DNA of 64,000 nt from Eledone cirrhosa (taxonomy: Eukaryota), in contig OZ024745.1 in NCBI GenBank assembly GCA_964016885.1, positions 12,028,001 to 12,092,000 of the forward strand, given 5' to 3'. The number at the start of each line of letters is the position of its first letter. The stretch's first letter is position 1. Below are positions 57,301 through 64,000 of this stretch, in pieces. The notes beneath the pieces were generated by a model, which saw only the letters and a list, made by a program, of their open reading frames with translations, searched no databases and was not told where the DNA came from. Both the position numbers and the translations under genes were made by a program.

Positions 57301-58687
57301 CAGTGTAATGTATAGTTAAACTGTAATGTTCTGACGAGTGTATACAGTGTAATGTATAGTTAAACTGTAATGTTCTCACGAGTGTATACAGTGTAATGTA
57401 TAGTTAAACTGTAATGTTCTGACGAGTATATACAGTGTAATGTATAGTTAAACTGTAATGTTCTGACGAGTATATACAGTGTAATGTATAGTTAAACTGT
57501 AACGTTCTGACGAGTGTATACAGTGTAATGTATAGTTAAACTGTAACGTTCTGACGAGTGTATACAGTGTAATGTATAGTTAAACTGTAATGTTCTGACG
57601 AGTAATACAGTGTAATGTATAGTTAAACTGTAATGTTCTGACGAGTATATACAGTGTAATGTATAGTTAAACTGTAATGTTCTGACGAGTAATACAGTGT
57701 ATTGTATAGTTAAACTGTAATGTTCTGACGAGTATATACAGTGTAATGTATAGTTAAACTGTAACGTACTGACGAGTGTATACAGTGTAATGTATAGTTA
57801 AACTGTAACGTTCTGACGAGTATATACAGTGTAATGTATAGTTAAACTGTAATGTTCTGACGAGTGTATACAGTGTAATGTATAGTTAAACTGTAATGTT
57901 CTGACGAGTGTATACAGTGTAATGTATAGTTAAACTGTAATGTTCTCACGAGTGTATACAGTGTAATGTATAGTTAAACTGTAATGTTCTGACGAGTATA
58001 TACAGTGTAATGTATAGTTAAACTGTAATGTTCTGACGAGTATATACAGTGTAATGTATAGTTAAACTGTAATGTTCTGACGAGTGTATACAGTGTAATG
58101 TATAGTTAAACTGTAATGTTCTGACGAGTATATACAGTGTAATGTATAGTTAAACTGTAATGTTCTGACGAGTGTATACAGTGTAATGTATAGTTAAACT
58201 GTAATCTTCTGACGAGTAATACAGTGTAATGTATAGTTAAACTGTAATGTTCTGACGAGTATATACAGTGTAATGTATAGTTAAACTGTAACGTTCTGAC
58301 GAGTGTATACAGTGTAATGTATAGTTAAACTGTAACGTTCTGACGAGTGTATACAGTGTAATGTATAGTTAAACTGTAACGTTCTGACGAGTATATACAG
58401 TGTAATGTATAGTTAAACTGTAATGTTCTGACGAGTATATACAGTGTAATGTATAGTTAAACTGTAATGTTCTGACGAGTATATACAGTGTAATGTATAG
58501 TTAAACTGTAACGTTCTGACGAGTATATACAGTGTAATGTATAGTTAAACTGTAATGTTCTGACGAGTATATACAGTGTAATGTATAGTTAAACTGTAAT
58601 GTTCTGACGAGTATATACAGTGTAATGTATAGTTAAACTGTAATGTTCTGACGAGTATATACAGTGCAATGTATAGTTAAACTGTAA
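54381..58687. repeat. 44-bp satellite, ~98 copies (4.3 kb)
   Basis: Unit ttctgacgagt(a/g)tatacagtgtaatgtatagttaaactgtaa(t/c)g. Confidence 0.98.
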
Positions 58688-58854
58688 ACATCGAGGAAGT
58701 AGTGATGTTCTGCGTCAGCAAAAAGCAATACAGACAATTGCTTATGTTAAATGACTTGAGGAAGAAGAAGACTAACGTTTTGGACATTTTTCTTTCTTCA
58801 GAGAAAGGAAAACACACACAAACACACACATGTATACATATATGTATATGTGTA

Positions 58855-58905
<51 letters not shown>

Positions 58906-58962
58906 GCACACCCATAAATAAACGAACACACGCACATATATACATATTTATATATTCATATA

Positions 58963-59055
<93 letters not shown>

Positions 59056-59057
<2 letters not shown>

Positions 59058-59745
59058 CTACAACAAATTTACGGTAGTGTCTAATCCGTATGAAGAACTC
59101 AATGTAATCATGAAAAGAGAAGATGCATTCAAAAACTTATTTCGGTGAAAAATAAACGGAAAACAGAGTCAAGATAAATTAATAAAATAATGAATAAACA
59201 AAGAAACAGTTCCTTATATTAAAAAAATTCATAATTTTACGATCGTTTCTAGGATATATATGTGTGAGAGTTGGTATGCATATTCTATAGATCTATGTAC
59301 AATATTTATACAAACTATCAGAGGGAATATACATACCTACACATATATATGCTGTCTAATTCATCATTTTACGATCGTTTCTAGGATATATATGTGTTAG
59401 AGTTGGTATGCATATTCTATAGATCTATGTACAATATTTATACAAACTATCAGAGGGAATATACATACCTACACATATATATGCTGTCTAATTCATCATT
59501 TTACGATCGTTTCTAGGATATATATGTGTTAGAGTTGGTATGCATATTCTATAGATCTATGTACAATATTTATATAAACTATCAGAGGGAATATACATAC
59601 CTAGTTTGTATAAATATTGTACATAGATCTATAGAATATGCATACCAACTCTAACACATATATATCCTAGAAACGATCGTAAAATGATGAATTTTTTTAA
59701 TATAAGGAACTGTTTCTTTGTTTATTCATTATTTTATTAATTTAT
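59056..59745. mobile_element. Fold-back element family K with internal 132-bp tandem repeats and half-hammerhead
   Basis: acgatcgtttc at 59239, 59371 and 59503; inverted arm 59602-59745 with GAAAcgatcgTA at 59670-59681; flanked by (TA)n. Confidence 0.85.
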
Positions 59746-60388
59746 ATATATATATATATTCATATATATATATATATATATATTCATATATATATATATA
59801 TATTCATATATATATATGTATATATATATATATATGTGTATATATATATATATACATATATATATATACATATATATATATACATATATCTATATATATA
59901 TATATATATATACAGAGGAGAGGGGTACATATATAAACACATACATGTTATGTTCAGTTTCTCTATAATTATCTCTCATCTTCCGATTGTCGTTTTCAGA
60001 AAAACAATTATGTTGGAATGTTTTCCTTTTTCTTTTTCTTTTTTCTGTTTTTTTTTTTTGTTTTTTTTTGTGGTGTTTTGGGTTTGTTTTTCTTTTGTTT
60101 ACATTCCATTTCCTATCCACAGCCACTACATATTATATTGATTGTTTCGCTCTGTCTTCGTATCAACTTTTTTTTATATACCAATCAATAATTTATAGTT
60201 CTTTTTCCTTTTCTTTGTGGTGTTGTTATTGTTGTTGTTGTTTACTAGTATTTCCAGTCTCTTGTGTTTATAAATTATATTCCTAACAGACTTCTGTGAA
60301 CATTGCTTTCGTCGATATGTTTATATTTGGCTCTGTGTCTCTACTTTTCTACATCTTAATATTCTTTCCATGAAAAGGAGATATATGA

Positions 60389-60479
<91 letters not shown>

Positions 60480-61470
60480 AGTGTGTATGTGTGTGTATGT
60501 GTGTATTAAGTATACACAGTATGTATATATTTTTGTGTGTGTATATATATGTATGTATATATATATATATATGTATATTTGTATGTATATACAGGATGTA
60601 TATACAGTATGTATATACAGTATGTATATATGTTTGTATATATATATATATATATGTGTGTTTGTATATATATATATTCCTCTGTCCTTTTCCAATATTA
60701 GCCATCTTCCTTCATTCATCTTGGTAATTTGTCTTGGTACTTCTCATTACACAAATAAAACTCGTTCGATCCCTTTCCTTTCTTCTTTTCTTTCTTCATC
60801 TACTCGGCATATGAGAACTATTTTATTAAGCAGTCTATAAAACATTATTGCCAATTGATGCAGGGGCTTTGAATCTGGGCGGAAACATTTTGTTTCATGT
60901 ACTGCTGGGCAATTACATAGTTAGAAATATATTAAGTGGTGTCGTCTGGTAACAATAGCTACAAGATATAAACGATCGAACAATCCTGCTTTCACTCAAA
61001 GACATTCTCTTTCCCTAAATAGAACTATGATTATATATTAGAGCTTTGAATATTATAGAGGAATTTTCCTTTAAGAAGCGAAATAAATAAACAGCTCAAT
61101 CAACAAAGCCTATTTCTAACTTTGTCAGTTGCTATGGCTACAAGGTTTCCCTCTTTGGTCTCTTCAGATCAATAAATAATTATTTTATTTTATCGTGATC
61201 GGAGTGAGGAACAGTGGCATCAGCTGTCATTAGATTTGGTTTTTATTCTGACCTTCTTTGATTAGTTATTAGACTATATTACATTAATTATTAGGTCAAC
61301 CATAGAAAATGTAGGCGTTTTGTAGTCTATCTACAAATCAGATTGGTGGAATCCAACACTCTCGAGACTATATTCAAATGAACTTACAATATGTAGCTCT
61401 CATCAGCCTGTCACAGTGTACATGTTTACCACATAATTTACTGTTGCATGAACTAGATCCTAAAACATTA

Positions 61471-61686
61471 TCGTATATACTCGATTATAAGTCGTTTCGA
61501 ATATAATTCGACCCCTATTTTATGTCTGAGAAATGGGCAAAATCCAATCCCCCTTTACAAGCCGAGTCAGCTAAGCAACACATTATGTTGAGATGGCGAA
61601 TAAAATCCGACCCCAACCGCACCTCCATTTTACCATCAATTTCTTTTTTGTCACATATTCCTTGGCTTATATTTGAGTGTATACAG
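61471..61686. mobile_element. pogo/Tc2-type MITE
   Basis: TIRs tcgtatatactcgattataagtc / ggcttatatttgagtgtatacag with TA on both sides. Confidence 0.7.
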
Positions 61687-61763
61687 TAACTTCTTTAGCA
61701 TTGAAGACATGGCAGAGACAAGTATATAACGGACGGCCCTTCAGCTTCCATATCTAATCTTGC

Positions 61764-64000
61764 CTTACTTAAATGAAACAAACCTAGTTACGTCGCTGGT
61801 AATGTTTGTTCTCTTACCTAAATGAAACAAACCTAGTTATGTCCCTGGTAATGTTTGTTCTCTTACCTAAATGAAACAAACCTAGTTATGTCCCTGGTAA
61901 TGTTTGTTCTCTTACCTAAATGAAACAAACCTAGTTATGTCCCTGGTAATGTTTGTTCTCTTACCTAAATGAAACAAACCTAGTTATGTCCCTGGTAATG
62001 TTTGTTCTCTTACCTAAATGAAACAAGCCTAGTTATGTCCCTGGTAATGTTTGTTCTCTTACCTAAATGAAACAAACCTAGTTATGTCCCTGGTAATGTT
62101 TGTTCTCTTACCTAAATGAAACAAACCTAGTTATGTCCCTGGTAATGTTTGTTCTCTTACCTAAATGAAACAAACCTAGTTATGTCCCTGGTAATGTTTA
62201 TTCTCTTACCTAAATGAAACAAACCTAGTTATGTCCCTGGTAATGTTTGTTCTCTTACCTAAATGAAACAAGCCTAGTTATGTCCCTGGTAATGTTTGTT
62301 CTCTTACCTAAATGAAACAAACCTAGTTATGTCTCTGGTAATGTTTGTTCTCTTACCTAAATGAAACAAACCTTGTTATGTCCCTGGTAATGTTTGTTCT
62401 CTTACCTAAATGAAACAAACCTAGTTATGTCCCTGGTAATGTTTGTTCTCTTACCTAAATGAAACAAACCTAGTTATGTCTCTGGTAATGTTTGTTCTCT
62501 TACCTAAATGAAACAAACCTAGTTATGTCCCTGGTAATGTTTGTTCTCTTACCTAAATGAAACAAACCTTGTTATCTCCCTGGTAATGTTTGTTCTTTTA
62601 CCTAAATGAAACAAACCTAGTTATGTCCCTGGTAATGTTTGTTCTCTTACCTAAATGAAACAAACCTAGTTATGTCTCTGGTAATGTTTGTTCTCTTACC
62701 TAAATGAAACAAACCTAGTTATGTCCCTGGTAATGTTTGTTCTCTTACCTAAATGAAACAAACCTAGTTATGTCTCTGGTAATGTTTGTTCTCTTACCTA
62801 AATGAAACAAACCTAGTTATGTCCCTGGTAATGTTTGTTCTCTTACCTAAATGAAACAAGCCTCGTTATGTCCCTGGTAATGTTTGTTCTCTTACCTAAA
62901 TGAAACAAACCTAGTTATATCCCTGGTAATGTTTGTTCTCTTACCTAAATGAAACAAACCTTGTTATGTCCCTGGTAATGTTTGTTCTCTTACCTAAATG
63001 AAACAACTTAGTTATGTCCCTGGTAATGTTTGTTCTCTTACCTAAATGAAACAAACCTAGTTATGTCCCTGGCAATGTTTGTTCTCTTACCTAAATGAAA
63101 CAAACCTAGTTATGTCCCTGGTAATGTTTGTTCTCTTACCTAAATGAAACAAACCTAGTTATGTCCCTGGTAATGTTTGTTCTCTTACCTAAATGAAACA
63201 AACCTAGTTATGTCCCTGGTAATGTTTGTTCTCTTACCTAAATGAAACAAACCTAGTTATGTCCCTGGTAATGTTTGTTCTCTTACCTAAATGAAACAAG
63301 CCTAGTTATGTCCCTGGTAATGTTTGTTCTCTTACCTAAATGAAACAAACCTAGTTATGTCCCTGGTAATGTTTGTTCTCTTACCTAAATGAAACAAACT
63401 TAGTTATGTCCCTGGTAATGTTTGTTCTCTTACTTAAATGAAACAAACCTAGTTATGTCCCTGGTAATGTTTATTCTCTTACCTAAATGAAACAAACCTA
63501 GTTATGTCCCTGGTAATGTTTGTTCTCTTACCTAAATGAAACAAGCCTAGTTATGTCCCTGGTAATGTTTGTTCTCTTACCTAAACGAAGCAAACCTAGT
63601 TATGTCCCTGGTAATGTTTGTTCTCTTACCTAAATGAAACAAACCTTGTTATGTCCCTGGTAATGTTTGTTCTCTTACCTAAATGAAACAAACCTAGTTA
63701 TGTCCCTGGTAATGTTTGTTCTCTTACCTAAATGAAACAAACATAGTTATGTCTCTGGTAATGTTTGTTCTCTTACCTAAATGAAACAAACCTAGTTATG
63801 TCCCTGGTAATGTTTGTTCTCTTACCTAAATGAAACAAACCTTGTTATGTCCCTGGTAATGTTTGTTCTCTTACCTAAATGAAACAAACCTAGTTATGTC
63901 CCTGGTAATGTTTGTTCTCTTACCTAAATGAAACAAACCTAGTTATGTCTCTGGTAATGTTTGTTCTCTTACCTAAATGAAACAAACCTAGTTATGTCCC
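61764..64000. repeat. 49-bp satellite, at least 45 copies, runs off the window end
   Basis: Unit cttacctaaatgaaacaaacctagttatgtccctggtaatgtttgttct. Confidence 0.98.

Noticed and set aside
54381-64000. 44-bp and 49-bp arrays as possible CRISPR arrays
   Set aside because: Head-to-tail repeats with no unique spacers, no cas genes, eukaryotic context

Overview
This is repeat-saturated, AT-rich eukaryotic (animal) genomic DNA. The SINE families, microsatellite load and LINE types suggest a mollusc, probably an octopus/coleoid cephalopod (inference). No intact host gene can be supported, and nearly all ORFs in the track are microsatellite translations. The window holds a near full-length but disabled R4/Dong-type RT+RLE retrotransposon (16008-19950, minus), fragments of R4/Dong, Tx1/L1 and RTE LINEs, about 15 tRNA-derived SINE copies (three with clear TSDs), Helitron-like and Tc1/pogo-like non-autonomous elements, and mini/satellites of 15, 29, 33, 44 and 49 bp. 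The most striking signal is about 16 short fold-back (palindromic) insertions from at least 12 unrelated sequence families, nearly all sitting in or next to (TA)n/(GA)n microsatellites. Most carry a hammerhead ribozyme, complete or as the 3' half (CTGANGA-stem II-GAAA-stem III, often palindromic-UH), pointing outward and often followed by AATAAA. Eight families also share a THGAG(N)(N)C motif, mostly TTGAGTRC, 30-55 nt from the long-arm terminus. This looks like a diverse, microsatellite-targeted, ribozyme-bearing Penelope-like/retrozyme-like system.
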